From: Chiloscyllium plagiosum | Lineage: Eukaryota | Length of the DNA: 64,000 bases | Assembly: GCF_004010195.1 (NCBI RefSeq) | Contig: NC_057718.1 | Location: 10,716,460-10,780,459 of the forward strand | Reading direction: 5' to 3' | Part shown: one piece after another, positions 37,852 to 50,987 of the stretch | How the letters are laid out: the number at the start of each line of letters is the position of its first letter | How positions within the stretch are numbered: the first letter of the stretch is position 1 | The notes under the pieces: model-generated | What the model was told of the DNA's origin: nothing | Database searches by the model: none | Seen by the model: the letters and a program-made list of their open reading frames with translations, nothing else | Position numbers and translations under genes: made by a program

Positions 37852-38544
37852 CTTCTCCACACACACCCTGAATCTCTTGCTAAAATTTTAAAATCTGTGA
37901 CTGTAGTCCTTGTACCCTTATCTAAAGATTAACCTTTTCTTTGTCTCTCTTATCAGCTAAAAAGAAAGCCAGACTTTTCAATGGGTGATTGATTTTGCTT
38001 TTTAATATGTGGCACACAATATTGAACAGCTTGACATGACTATAGATTACAAAACTATCAGATTGTTTATACTGGATTGTAGCCTTCACATCATGGAAGG
38101 ATTGGAATGGACTGAGAAAGTCTGGGGGTGAAGAAGGGTGGCATCGAAGCCTCTCTAGGAATTAGAGAAGCCCTTTTCTGCTAACCAGCACATATGTATT
38201 TATAAGATACTTAAGATCTAACTATTAAGTAGTAGGAAATAGGCCATATCGTCATTATGGCTGATCTTCTGACTTAATTTCACATTCAGTTGTATCCCCA
38301 TATCCCTTAATAACCTTTGTACAAGGTATTGGAAAGTCTAACAATTTTAGTGTTGAATATACTAAATGCTGAAAATCATATGAAAAGGATTTCCCTGCTT
38401 CTGACAATATGCTAGTAGCTTCCTTAAATGCATTGACCATGTCAAGTGTTGAACAAGCAACATAGAAACCATACTGATCTTAACACATGCAGCAAGAACT
38501 TGCAATAACTTAAGGATGAAATGTTAAATGCCTTACAGGCATAT

Positions 38545-39890
38545 CAGATAAACAAGCAGGAGGCTGGAAGAACACAGTAGGCCAGGCAGCATCAGGAGGT
38601 GGAGAAGTCGACATTTCTAGTGTAACCCTCCTACAGGACAGGTCGACATTTCAGGTTGTCTCTTACAGGCATATTAAGGCAGATATCCCCCTGTAGTTGT
38701 TACAATCATTCCAAACAACCTTATTTTTCCCAAAGGATTAAGTTGGCGTCATTTGTGTCTCCTGCTGAATATTCTTCCCTCCGATATTGTTCAAATACAA
38801 TCTTGCTTCACTATTTAAACATTAATTCCACTTCATTCTGATAACAGGAAGGTAGTTGTCCTTTAAACCTCAGTTATAAAATGACTCAAAGCCAAACTCC
38901 TAAAAGATTCTGAAGCCAGGTTTTGGTTTCAATGCCGCATCAGAAAATGGAGCCTTGTGGGAATAAAAAATTGATCCTTTATATTCCAAAGGCAAAATAC
39001 TGCAGATGTTGGAAATTTGAAATATAAACAGATTTCATGTCAGTGTTCTTTCATCAGAACTGGAAAAGGTTTGGAGATACAAAATTGGATAGGAAGTTTG
39101 AACAAATAAAAAGGCAGGGAATGGTGGGAGGCAGGTGAAAGAAAAGAACAGAGAGGAAGATGTATGATAGTATGGATGGAAGCCAAATAAAAAGGAGGTT
39201 AAATAACAAAGTAATGGTGCAAGAATAAAAGGGCACAATCATTGGAGGAGAAATTCAAGCAGCCTTACTATTATTGCAACTGCTGATATAACCACGAGGT
39301 GGCAGAAAAATGAAGCATTAAAGATTCATCCAGATTTTTTTTTAAAATTGCACAACACCAGGTTATAGTCCAACAGGTTTATTTTAAAGGACTGGTTTTC
39401 AGTGTGCTGTTCCTTCAACTACCTGAAGGATGAGCAGCGCTCCGAAAGCTAGTCATTCCAAATAAAAGTGTTGGACTATAACCTGGTGTTGTGTGATTTT
39501 TAACTTCGTTCACCCCAGTCCAACATCTGAGATTCATCCAGGTCTCTGTCCAAGAAACTTTTGCTGCCTTCAAGATTTTGGCTACACAGTATGCAAGCAA
39601 GAACAATTCTTACCAATTCTTCAATACAATGTCCAATGTTCATAAAATTAAATATTTTAAGAATAATTTTAATTTGTATCAAATTTGGAAGACTTTAGAT
39701 TACAATCTGATCTGCAGTGCCACGACAGCATGGAGTGTAACATTACCCTGAATTCCTGCTCATTCCTGATAAAGGGCTTATGCCCAAAACATCGACTCTC
39801 CTGCTCCTCAGATGCTGCCTGACCAGCTGTGCTTTTCCAGCACCACACTCTCAACTCTGATCTCCAGCACCTGCAGTCCTCACTTTCCCC
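38545..39890. mobile_element. Cluster of short PLE pseudo-LTR relics (38545-38660, 38990-39070, palindromic 39340-39527, 39755-39890)
   Basis: Each has a recognisable or degenerate CTGA.GA...GAAA motif and family A- or B-like flanks. Confidence 0.7.
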
Positions 39891-40369
39891 TTACTGAATC
39901 TGATGTCATTTCCACCGTCACAATATATTATTGCACAACAGTCTGGAAAATTTAAAATCCAGTTAACAGAAAACATTGTCTGACAATTATGCTAATCTGC
40001 CTGCTGTGAGGTTTAAGCCATTGCTCCAGCTTTATTCATAACTCATGCCAATTCATATGGTTGCTTCCTGCTGTGTGCAAATCAGGTTAAATCAATGTCT
40101 TTATACACTCGAGGATAAACATAAGAAAGAGGCACTGAAATGTGCAACTCTATTCAGACATTCCAGTCCTTTGGTTTCAGAAGATTTTCGTTATGTACTT
40201 TTATTCCCAGTCAAGCCTCATGTTTTCCATAATTCATTTTCATTTCTTACTAAGCTCTCAACTTTGTTTTCTGCATTTTTTTTGTTTCTCATTCTACTGC
40301 CACCCATACCCCCACCTCATTTTGTTTCAGTTTTAAATTTTCTCTGATTCCACAACTCTGTTGTTTTGT

Positions 40370-40565
40370 GATGGCTCAATGGGTGGCGCTGTCACCTCTA
40401 GTGCAGGCAAATGTTGGTTCAAGTTCTGATTAAGATACTTGAGTGCAACAATTTGGACTGACAGTCCTATGCAGCACATTGTCAGAGGTACAGTCTTTTA
40501 AATCGCGGCCCTGCCTGCCTTCTCCTGCGTGAGGTGAAATATCGTAGAGCATAACTCGAAGAAAA
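40370..40565 (+). mobile_element. Old DeuSINE/SacSINE1-like remnant
   Basis: tggctcaatgg A-box-like and ggttcaagt B-box-like motifs; cattgtcagaggtacagtcttt...ggccctgcctgcc resembles the Deu domain as recalled. Confidence 0.5.
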
Positions 40566-40980
40566 ACAGACCTAATACGTTATAAGGTTCTCGATCAGAT
40601 GGGTACATGATAGCGTTCTAAAGCAGATTTAGAGTCCTGGACCACTTACAGTGGTTAAAAACCCATTCACCATATTTAACTTGCTTTATATCCTTATAAA
40701 AACAAGCATACAAATTAATATTTCCACATCAAAGAGTTGGCAAAAAGTCCGTACTGTCAATCAAACTGTGAACTGACAGGCACCCCAACTGTGATAATAA
40801 AAGATTGTGAAATCAGTCAAGCAGCACAAATTCTGTAAGATTAGCCTTCAGGTTTATGTCAACAACATGAGATAGTAAGTAATCAATTCTGTTTCAGTTC
40901 TTTTGGCCTTCTTTCCCCCTTCTGGTGCTAAAGTGACTCAGGATGTTTCAGACATTAAAGGCTTAATATATATGCATAGA

Positions 40981-42700
40981 GACAAAAAAACTGCAGATGC
41001 TGGAATCCAAGATAGACAAGCAGCAGGCGGGAAGAACACAGCAAGCCAGGCAGCTTCAGAAGGTGGAGAAGTCAACGTTTTGGGTGTAAATCTTCTTCAG
41101 GACTAGAGGCGGCTGTCAGGGGAGCTGCAGATATATGGGGAAGTGGGAGCGAGGTGGTGAAGATCAGAAAATCAGCCATAGGTGAAGACAGGTAGATGAT
41201 ATGACCTGGTTGGTCAATGGGAGGAATGAATCCGGTAGGTGGCTAGGAGGAGTGGAAGAAAAGGGGAAGGGCTGGGAAGGAAGGTTATTTGAAATTGGAG
41301 AACTCAATATTGGGTTCTCCGGGCTGTGGCTGCCCAGGTGGAAGTTGAGGTGTTATTCCTCCAATTTGCGTTATGGTTAATTGTGGAAATAGAGGATGCC
41401 TAAGATGGTCATGTCAGAGAGGAAGTGGGAAGGGGAATTAAAATGGGTGGTGACTGGGACCGTTTCCTAAGTTTATGTTTGGTCTCCCCGATGTAGAGAG
41501 GACCACATTGGGAACACCTGATGTAGTAAACTAGGTTGGAACAACTGTTTGGGGCCCTGGATGGAGGTGAGGGAGGTGGTGTTCCAGCAAGTTTTGCATC
41601 TTTTCTGGTTGCAGGGTAAGGTACCTGGGGGTTCGGGGGGTTGGTGATGTGGGTGGTGCAAACCAAGGACTGGCAGAGGAAACAGTCCTTGTGGAAGGCA
41701 GAGAGGGACGGGGAAGGGAAGATGTTCTTGGTGGTGAGGTCTAGTTGGACTTGGCGGAAATGTTTAAGGGTGCTGTGTTGGATGCAGGGACTGGTGGGGT
41801 GGTACGTTAGGCCAAAGGGGACTCTGTCTTTATTGCATCTGGAGTAGGAGGGATTGAGGACAGTGGAACGGGGAATGGCAGTGGTGCAGTAGAGAGCTGT
41901 CTGATGACAGGGGAGAATAAAAGCATGTTGTTTGAAGTAGGTGGACATCTGGGATGCTTGGGAGTAGAATGTCTCCTCGTCCGAGCGAGATGTGGCGGAG
42001 GCGGAGGAATTGGGAGAACGGGGTGGAGTTCTTGCAGGATACTGGGCATGAGGAGGTGTAGTCCAGATAGTTGTGAGAGTCTGTGGGTTTATAGTTAATG
42101 TCCGTCTGGAGACTGTCGCCAGAGCTGAAATTGGAGAGGTCAAGAAAGTGGAGGGAAGTGCCTGAGATGGAGCAAGTGAATTTGAGGGCAGGATGGAAGT
42201 TGTGGGCAAAGTTGATGAACTGCTCCAGTTCAGCCTGGATGCAGGACACTGCGCCGACGCAGTCATCGATGTAACAACGGAAGAGTTGGGACATAGTGCC
42301 TGTATAAGTACTGAAGAGGGACTGTTTGACATAGCTGACAAAGAGACAGGCACAGCTGGGACCCATGGCCACCTCCTGGACTTGGAGGAAATGGGAGGAG
42401 TTAAAGGAAAAGTTATTAAGGGTGATGACTAGTTTGCCAAGGTGTAGGAGAGTATAGGTGGAGGGGGACTGGATAGGTCTGTTGGAGAGGAAGAAGCTGA
42501 GGGCTTGGAGGCAATCTTTATGGGGTATGGACATGTACAAGAACTGCACGTCCATAGCGAAGATAAAACACTGATGGTGAAGGAACTAGAGATTACTGAA
42601 GAGATGGAGGACGTGGTTGGTGTCACAAATATTAGGTGGGGAACGGCTGGACCAAGGGGGAAGAGGATGGAGTTGATTTCGGACAAGATGTATAATTTGC
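40981..42700 (-). mobile_element. Penelope-like element with RT core and GIY-YIG endonuclease, frameshifted
   Basis: MDVQFLYMSIPH, AMGPSCACLF, YIDD catalytic motif, YKPTDSHNYLDYTSS, and NLVYYIRCSQCGPLYIGET; pseudo-LTR at about 40981-41110. Confidence 0.93.
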
Positions 42701-43049
42701 ATGTTACTTTTCAGTTGGAACCTTCTGACCTCTTCATTGTGGTATATTACCATGAGGACAGACCGTGTCACAGAGATTTGGTGGGGTCTTGGTCGACCTT
42801 CTGGGCCTGGTGCAACTAGCATTCAGAACTGAGCTGCTCAGGCAGTGATGCTTAATTGGAGGCAGAATTTAGTTAGGACAAACTTGTAAAATGTAACCTG
42901 TTGAAATTCCATGGCCTCTCCTTTGGGGTTGGTGCAGACTGTGAGTCCATTTGATCAACCTGCTGAATGAAAATGTCTACAAAACCTCTCAAAGCACTGA
43001 TGTTCTCCAATTTTTTTGTTGTCATAAACTTGAAACAAATAAATTATTA

Positions 43050-43350
43050 GCTCTAGCTCAATGGGTAATGATTTTGCCACTAAGCTAGAAAATTGTGAAT
43101 TTACGTTCCACTCCAGAGATGAGCAAATATACCTAAGTTGCTGAGGTGTAAAACTGAGGGCAATATCTGATGACTTCGGCGGACATCTGAGATCTCATAG
43201 CCACTATTTCAAAATCAAGAAGTCAGCTCTGATGTTTCATATTTGTCTCTCAAACAACATACTAAAAACTAGACTTTTTGATCAAAATCATACTGCTGTT
43301 TGTATGGATTTGATGTGCACAAATTGACTGCTGCATTACGTATTAATAGA
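43050..43350 (+). mobile_element. Old DeuSINE/SacSINE1-like remnant
   Basis: tagctcaatgg head, ccactccagaga, gccactatttcaa, tgctgtttgt...gtgcacaaattgactgctgcatt. Confidence 0.5.
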
Positions 43351-44110
43351 ATGGTTATAGGAGGGAAGGAGGCCATTCAGTCCCTCCCTTCCATACCAGC
43401 TATTAGTTAAGCTAGTCGCATTCCTTTGTCATTTCCTCGTAGCCCTTTCTTTCTCTTCAGATAATTATCTATCCTCTTTCGAAAGTCACATTTGATTGCT
43501 GTTTCCACTTTTCTCTCAGTAGTCCATAGCAGATTTGAAAAGTGTGGCACTACAAAAGCAGGGCAGGTCAGCAGCATCCAAGGAGCAGGAAAGTCAGGAA
43601 TGAAGGGCTTATGCCCGAAACATCGACTCTCCTGCTCCTTGAATGCTGCTTGACCTCCTGTGCTTTTGCAGCTCCATTGTTTTTGACTCTGGTCTCCAGC
43701 ATCTGCAGTCCTCATTTTCTCCTGGACCATAGCAGATCCCAACTAAATGATGTGTGATTTTTATTTTTGATTTTGCCTTTAGATTGTTTTGCCTTTCAAC
43801 TGTGCACTTTGATTCTTGACAGTGACCTACCTGACAATCAGCCATGGGATAAGTTTCTCCCTATTTACTCTGTCCAGATCCCTAATGATTCTGAATACAT
43901 TCATTAAATCTCCTCTCAAATCTCTCTTCTCAAAGGAGAACAGGCGCAACTTCTCTAATCCAGCCATATAACTGAAGTCCGTCATCCCTGGAAATATTCT
44001 TGTAGATCTTTTTTTCATACTCTATAATACTTCACATTCTGAGAAAGTGTGATACATAGAATTTGACAATACTCCGATCAGGCCTTATCAGGTTTTTCTT
44101 ATAAAGATCC
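43350..44110 (-). mobile_element. Decayed CR1 3' fragment with a palindromic family A mini-PLE at about 43535-43722
   Basis: ORF LEKLRLFSFEKRDLRGDL; ccatagcagat repeated at about 43524 and 43727 around the insert. Confidence 0.75.
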
Positions 44111-45010
44111 TCTATGCCACTTCTCAAAGCTCATTTATAGTTTTCAAGACTGTCTTGCCATCTTTAATGACCTGTGCAAGCGATGGGCAATCCTGTTTCC
44201 CAGAGATGCTGCTGGTTGAGAGTTTGGGCTTCAGCCCTGCTCCTCGTCAGTTGTTGCTTCAACCTCTACCTGAAGCAGTTGAGCCAAGTGAACATTCATG
44301 GAGTTTAATGATGGAGTTAATATTGATGCTGATTTTAGAACTGCTGAACTTCACAAGGAGATTAACAACTAAACTGAATTTGCTTCATGACCTGATGCCT
44401 TTTGTTGTCTCTCAGGATTTTTAGCAGATACCGAAATAATTGCAGATGCCATGACCTATCTGCTCAACTTTCACACCACTGAGCTTGATAACATCAACAC
44501 GTGCACACATCTGATAATTTGTTCAAAGAAACGTGTTACAAATATTGTGAAGCGTTTATGGCTGGGATCATCTTAACTGAGTGGGAGAAAAGATGTGGAC
44601 AGGTCTACAAAATGCAATGCAGCAAGGTACCAAGGTTCCGCCAAAAGAGCAAGTTCTCTTTCAAAGCACACACCATTCTCACCTGGAGCTGTATCACTGT
44701 TCTTTCATAGTTACTGGGATAAACTCTGGATTTCTTTTCCTAACAATACCGTGGGTCTACTCAGTGGTGTCCCGCCATCTCTTTCTCAGGGATAATTAGG
44801 AATGGGCAACAAATGCTCACTTGGAACCAGTGAAAGGCACATCATGTGACCGAATAAATAAAGCAAAAAAAAAGGTGGGATGATGGTCTGACAGTAACTT
44901 TTCCTTGATGGCTCTGGTAGTCTATACATCTATCGATATGTTGACCCCCAAACAAACCTGGAGTGATAAAGAATGAATATTTCGGTTTTACTGCAAATTC
45001 TCTTACACTT

Positions 45011-45600
45011 ATAGAGTCACAGAGATGTGCAGCATGGAAACGGGGCCTTCGGTCCAACTCATCCATGCCAACCGGATATCCTAGTTAGAGACCAGATATC
45101 TGGTCTCTAATAACCTAATCTAGGCTCATTTGCCAGCACTTGGCCAATATCTCTCTGAACCCTTCCAATTCACATAACCATCCAGATGCCTTTGAAAATG
45201 TTGTAATCATACCAGCCTCCACCATTTCCTCTGGCAGCTCATTCCATTCACGCACCACATTCAGCCTGAAAAGGTTGCCACTTAGGTCTCTTAAATATTT
45301 TCCCCTCTCACCCTAAACCTATGCTCTCTCATTCTGAACTCCCTAACCCAAGGAAAAAGACCTTGTCTATTTGCTTTATCCATGCCCCTCATGATTTTAT
45401 AACCCTCTATAAAGTCACCCCCTAAGCCTCCGATCCACCAGGGAAAACAGCTCCAGCCTATTCAGCCTTTCCCTATAGCTCAAACCCTCCAACCCTGGCA
45501 ACATCCTTGTAAATCTTTTCTGAATCCTTTCAAGTTTAACAACATCCTTCTGATAGGAGGTAGACTAAAATTGCACACAATATTCCAGAAGTCACCTAAT
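45011..45600 (-). mobile_element. CR1/HER1-type LINE 3' end
   Basis: Reverse complement of 48340-48880. Confidence 0.9.
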
Positions 45601-45960
45601 TATGGACAATTTGGGGGGGTGATTTATGCAGTAGCCATCATTGAGAAAGGAATTCTCTCTGAGCACTAGAGCATCATCAGCATAATTCTTTGCAAATGTT
45701 ATCCAACTGAGGAGTTAAATCTAATATTGGTTACTATATTTTGAGTTTTACAAGGATGGCTAATTGGGTATGGTTCATACCTTCTCTGTTGAGAATAGCT
45801 AAAGGAATATGTTGTTTGATACAACACTTGTGTCTTTGGGAATGAATAGCCTACATACCTACCATCACATCGGCACTGAAATTCACATATAACATTATTC
45901 ATTTGTGTGATAATGTGGAGGTGCCAGTGTTGGCCTGGAGTGGACAAAATTAAAAATCAC

Positions 45961-48881
45961 AAGAGTGAGGAAAGAGATCGATCTGAGACGGCTACAGTTG
46001 AGAACAGAAGCGAGTCAAACAGTCAGGGCAGGCAGGGACAAGGTAGGACTTATAAATTAAACTGCATTTATTTCAATGCAAGAGGCCTAACAGGGAAGGC
46101 AGATGAACTCAGGGCATGGTTAGGAACATGGGACTAGGATATCATAGCAATTACAGAAACACTGCTCAGGGATGGGCAGGACTAGCAGCTTAATGTTCCA
46201 GGATACAAATGCTACAAGAAGGATAGAAAGGGAGGCAAGAGACGTCGGGGAGTGGCAGTTTTGATAAGGGATCGCAATACAGCTGTGCTGAGGGAGGATA
46301 TCCTGGAAATACATCCAGGGAAGTTATTTGGGTGGAACTGAGAAATAAGAAAGGGATGATCACCTTATTGGGATTGTATTATAGACCCCCTAATAGTCAG
46401 AGGGAAATTGAGAAACAAACTTGTAAGGAGATCTCAGCTATCTGTAAGAATAATAGGGTGGTTATGGTAGGGAAAACATAGATTGGGACTGCCATAGTGT
46501 TAAAGGTTTACATGGAGTGGAATTTGTTAAGTGTGTACAAGATAATTTTCTGATTCAGTACGTAGATGTACCTACGAGAGAAGGTGCAAAACCTGACCTA
46601 CTCTTGGGAAATAAGGCAGGGCAGGTGACTGAGGTGTTAGTAGGGGAGCATTTTGGGGCCAGCGACCATAATTCTATTCGTTTTAAAATAGTGATGGAAA
46701 TGGATAGACCAGATCTAAAAGTTGCAGTTCTAAACTGGAAAAAAGCCAATTTTGACGGTACTAGGCAAGAACTTTCGAAAGATGGTTGGGGCAGGTGTTC
46801 ACAGGTAAAGGGACAGCTGGAAAATGGGAAGCCTTCAGAAATGAGATAACAAGAATCCAGAGAAATTATATTCCTGTTCGGGTGAAAGGAAAGGCTGGTA
46901 GGCATAGGGAATGCTGGATGACTAAAGAAATTGAGGGTTTGGTTAAGAAAAAGAAGGAAACATATGTCAGGTATAGACAGGATTGATCGAGTAAATCCTT
47001 AGAGTATAAAGGAAGTAGGAGTATACTTAAGAGGGATATCAGGAGGGCAAAACGGGGACATGAGATAGCCTTGGCAAATAGAATTAAGGAGAATCCAATG
47101 GGTTTTTACAAATATATTAAGGACAAAAGGGTAACTAGGGAGAGAATAGGGCCCCTCAAAGATCAGCATGGAGGCCTTTTTGTGGAGCCACAGAAAATGG
47201 GGGAGATACTAAATGAGTATTTTGCATCAGTATTTACCGTGGAAAAGGAAATGGAAGATATAGACTGTAGGGAAATAAATGGTGACATCTTGCAAAATGT
47301 CCAGATTACAGAGGAGGAAGTGCTGGATGTCTTGAAACAGGTAAAAGGGGGTAAATCCCCAGGATCTGATCAGATGGACCTGAGAACTCTGTGGGAAGCT
47401 AGAGAAGTGATTGCTGGGCCTCTTGCTGAGATATTTGTATCATCGATAGTCACAGGTGAGGTGCCGGAGGACTGGAGGTTGGCTAACTTGGTGCCACTAT
47501 TTAAAAAGGGTGGTAAGGAGAAGCCAGGGAACTATAGGCCAGTGAGCATGACCTCGGTGGTGGGCAAGTTGTTCGAGGGAATCCTGAGGGACAAGATGTA
47601 CATGTATTTGGAAAGGCAAGGACTGATTAGGGATAGTCAACATGGCTTTGTGCGTGGGAAATCATGTCTCACAAACTTGACTGAGTTTTTTGAAGAAGTA
47701 ACAAAGAGGATTGATGAGGGCAGAGTGTTAGATGAGATCTATGAGTCTCCCATGGGAGACTGATTAGCAAGGTTAGATCTCACAGAATACAGGGATAACT
47801 AGCCATTTGAATACAGAATTGGCACAAAGGTAGAAGACAGAGGATGATGGTGGAGGGTTGTTTTTCAGACTGGAGGCCTGTGACCAGTGGAGTGCCACAA
47901 GGATTGGTGCAGGGTCCTCTACTTGTTGTCATTTACATAAATGATTTGGATGCGAGCATAAGAGGTACAGTTAGTAAGTTTGCAGATGACACCAAAATTG
48001 GAGGTGTAGTGGATAACGAAGAGGGTTACCTCAGATTACAACAGGATCTTGACCAGATGGGCCAATGGGCTCAGAAGTGGCAGATGGAATTTAATTCAGA
48101 TAAATGCGAGATGCTGCATTTTGGGAAAGCAATCTTAGCAGGACCAATGCACTTAATGGTAAGGGAGTGTTGCTGAACAAAGAGACCTTGGAATGCAGGT
48201 TCATAGCTCCTTGAAAGTGGAGTCGCAGGTAGATAGGATAGTGAAGAAGGCGTTTGGTATGCTTTCTTTTATTGGTCAGAATATTGAGTACAGGAGTCAG
48301 GATGTCATGTTGCGGCTGTACAGGACATTAGTTAGGCCACTGTTGGAATATTGCATGCAATTTTGGTCTCCTTCCTATCGGAAAGATGTGAAACTTGAAA
48401 GGGTTCAGAAAGAATTTATAAGGATGTTGCCAAGATTGGAGGATTTGAGCTATAGGGAGAGGCTGAACAGGCTGGTGCTGTTTTCCCTGGAGCATCGGAG
48501 GCTGAGGGGTGACCTATAGATTTTCACAAAATTATGAGGGGCGTGGATAGGATAAATAGGCAAAGTCTTTTCCCTGGGGTCAGGGAGTCCAGAACTAGAG
48601 GGCATAGTTTTCGGGTGAGATATAAAAGAGACCTACGGGGCAACTTTTTCACACAGAGGGTGGAACATGTATGGAATGAGCTGCCACAGGAAGTGGTGGA
48701 GGCTGGTACAATTGCAACATTTAAGAGGCATTTGGATGGGTATATGAATAGGAAGGGTTTGGAGGGATATGGGCTGTGTGCTGGCAGGTGGGACTAGATT
48801 GGGTTGTGATATCTGGTCGGCATGGATGGGTTGGACTGAAGAGTCTGTTTCCATGTTGTACATCTTTATGACTCTATGACT
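45961..48881 (+). mobile_element. CR1/HER1-type LINE with nearly complete but inactivated ORF2 (AP endonuclease and RT) and 3' tail
   Basis: LNCIYFNARGL...IIAITET and SDHN (endonuclease), QHGFVRGKSCLTNL, SGVPQG, SKFADDTKIGG (RT); multiple stops and frameshifts; ends (gactctat)n. Confidence 0.95.
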
Positions 48882-49149
48882 ATAACCTGATGTTGAGTGA
48901 TTTTTAAAATTTGTGTAATAGACAGAATGTCTTTCTGCTTTAATGGTAGCATCCTTTCCTTAGTGTCTGTTGTTCTTTAGTTTTTAGCAGAAATGCAGTT
49001 GCAAACATTTGAGCATCACTACTCATTGTGCTAGTCTGTCTTTCTTTCCTTTTTGAATCAGCACTCTTGCAATAGAGATGCATTGTATTAATTCTAATTA
49101 TATCAATGTAGAACATGATTTTTTTTGTCCTGTTGATATGTCCTTAATA

Positions 49150-49473
49150 TTAGATTAGATACCCTACAGTAGGGAAACAGGCCCTTCAGCCCAACAAGTC
49201 CACACCAACCCTCCGAAGAGTAACCCACCCAGATCCATTCCCCTTATTCACCCGAGTATGAGCAACTTAGCATGATCAATTTACCTCATCTGCACATCTT
49301 AGGATTGTGGGAGGAAATCTGAGCACCCAGAGGAAACCCGAGCACCCGGAGGAAACCCATGCAGATGCAGAGAGAACATGCAAACTCCACACAGTCAGTC
49401 ACCCAAGGCAGGAAACGAATCTGGGTCCCTGGTGCTGTGAGGTAGCAGTACTAACCACTAAGCCACTGTGCTG
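49150..49473 (-). mobile_element. HE1-type V-SINE
   Basis: Reverse complement of the consensus, with a short internal duplication (gagcaccc.gaggaaaccc x2). Confidence 0.88.
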
Positions 49474-50039
49474 CACTGTGCTAAGACAAATAAGATGTAG
49501 GCCATTTGGCCTGTTGAGTCCAACGGCATTCATTGAGATCATGGCTGACTTGATAATCCTTAACCCCACCTTTCTGCTTTATCTCCATAAACCTTGACTA
49601 CCTCAGTCTCAAATATACTTAACAACCCAGCCTCTGTGGTAAGGAATTCCACAGATTCACTATTCTGAGAAAAAAAATCATTATGCTGCCTTGTTGTAGA
49701 CTCTTCCTCCAGGTGGGGCAATCTCTTTGCATCTATGAAGTCAAGCCCTCTAATAATCTTATGTTTTTTTCTTTTTTGTTAAATTTAACTTTTTTTCTAA
49801 TCAACTTTTTCAGAAATAGTGGTGGAAATTACACACTGTTGGAACTGGTGGGACTTGCATCCCAGTCCAAGGGCAGGGACACTACCATTGTGCTCAAAGA
49901 GGGCTTCTCTTATATGTTTCAATATAGTGTCCTCTTATTCTCCTAAACTCCAATGAGTACAAACCTGAACCCATAACTTTTTCTCTCCCCCTCCTTTGAG
50001 GGAAGTCGATTTTAAAACTGATCCAATGTTTCTCAAACT

Positions 50040-50227
50040 CAAAGTTTGTGAGAAGAATTGTAGCTTGGGTGCTCGTTGTTGTGGTTCTGTTCGCCGAGCT
50101 GGGAATTTGTGTTGTAGACATTTCGTCCCCTGTCTAGGTGACATCCTCAGTGCTTAGGAGGCTCCCAAGCACTGAGGATGTCACCTAGACAGGGGACAAA
50201 ACGTCTGCAACACAAATTCCCAGCTCG
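50040..50227. mobile_element. Palindromic mini-PLE (family C), 12-bp TSD
   Basis: 50094-50158 inverts to 50163-50227; gtttctcaaact at 50028-50039 and 50228-50239; CTGAGGA-helix II-GAAA/AAAA motif on each arm. Confidence 0.88.
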
Positions 50228-50670
50228 GTTTCTCAAACTGTTTTCCAATGTGACCTCGTTTATAACTGGGTGAGAATGTTAGTTGTATCAAACAAAGCAT
50301 GTGACCCAAAAGCTTAAGCCTGGGGACCTGATCATCTCTCCCACCCAACTCCCACTGAAGTCCTGAACAAATCCTTCCAACCTCCGTCTCCCTTCCAAAA
50401 ATATAACAAGTACGAAAATATTTGATCTATACAATTATCGTTGTATAGTTCATGTGATCATGATCATTTGTATGAATTATAGAAATTAAATTAATACTTC
50501 TTAGTAGTCTTCTGGCATCACCTCTCAATCCATATTTTAGTTAATTAAAAAAAACCAAACTGTTTCACGTGGTGTACTTTAGGATGTTGAGTCTCGGCGC
50601 TATATAAACGTAAGTCCGCCGCTCGTCCATTGCCGAAAATTGCCGATGCTTCGCGCGCTTAGCGGAAATA

Positions 50671-50760
50671 GCCGATCTTGGGATCCGCACTCCGGAAGTT
50701 GCCGATCTTGGGATCCGCACTCCGGAAGTTGCCGATCCTTGGCTCTGCTCTCCGGAACTT
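50671..50760 (+). repeat. 30-bp tandem repeat (2 identical copies plus 1 diverged) containing ETS motifs
   Basis: gccgatcttgggatccgcactccggaagtt x2, then gccgatccttggctctgctctccggaactt. Confidence 0.92.
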
Positions 50761-50946
50761 TCCGGCCCGTCGAACAGTCCCGGTCGTTCTCCGGAATTGT
50801 CCGAGCGGCCCCGCCCACTCACCGGCGCTCCTTCCGGAAAGTGCCGAAACATTCCGAAGTCTTCCCTCCCATCGCCCTTCCCTCCCCTCCCCTCCCGCCG
50901 GTCTCTGTGGTCGCCGACTGCCTGCCGGCTCGGGTTTACCGCTGTC

Positions 50947-50987
50947 ATGGCGAAGAATCACCGTTTCAAATTCAGGCAGGGGAACAG
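50947..50987 (+). CDS. Candidate upstream coding exon of the kinesin gene (MAKNHRFKFRQGN)
   Basis: gtcATGG Kozak context, cag|gtgaaa donor at 50988; splicing to the acceptor at 51247 stays in frame with the kinesin ATG. Confidence 0.35.

Noticed and set aside
45961..48881. Active LINE or domesticated RT gene
   Set aside because: Multiple in-frame stops and frameshifts; ORF1 absent.
50671..50760. CRISPR-like array
   Set aside because: Contiguous tandem units with no spacers, in a vertebrate promoter.
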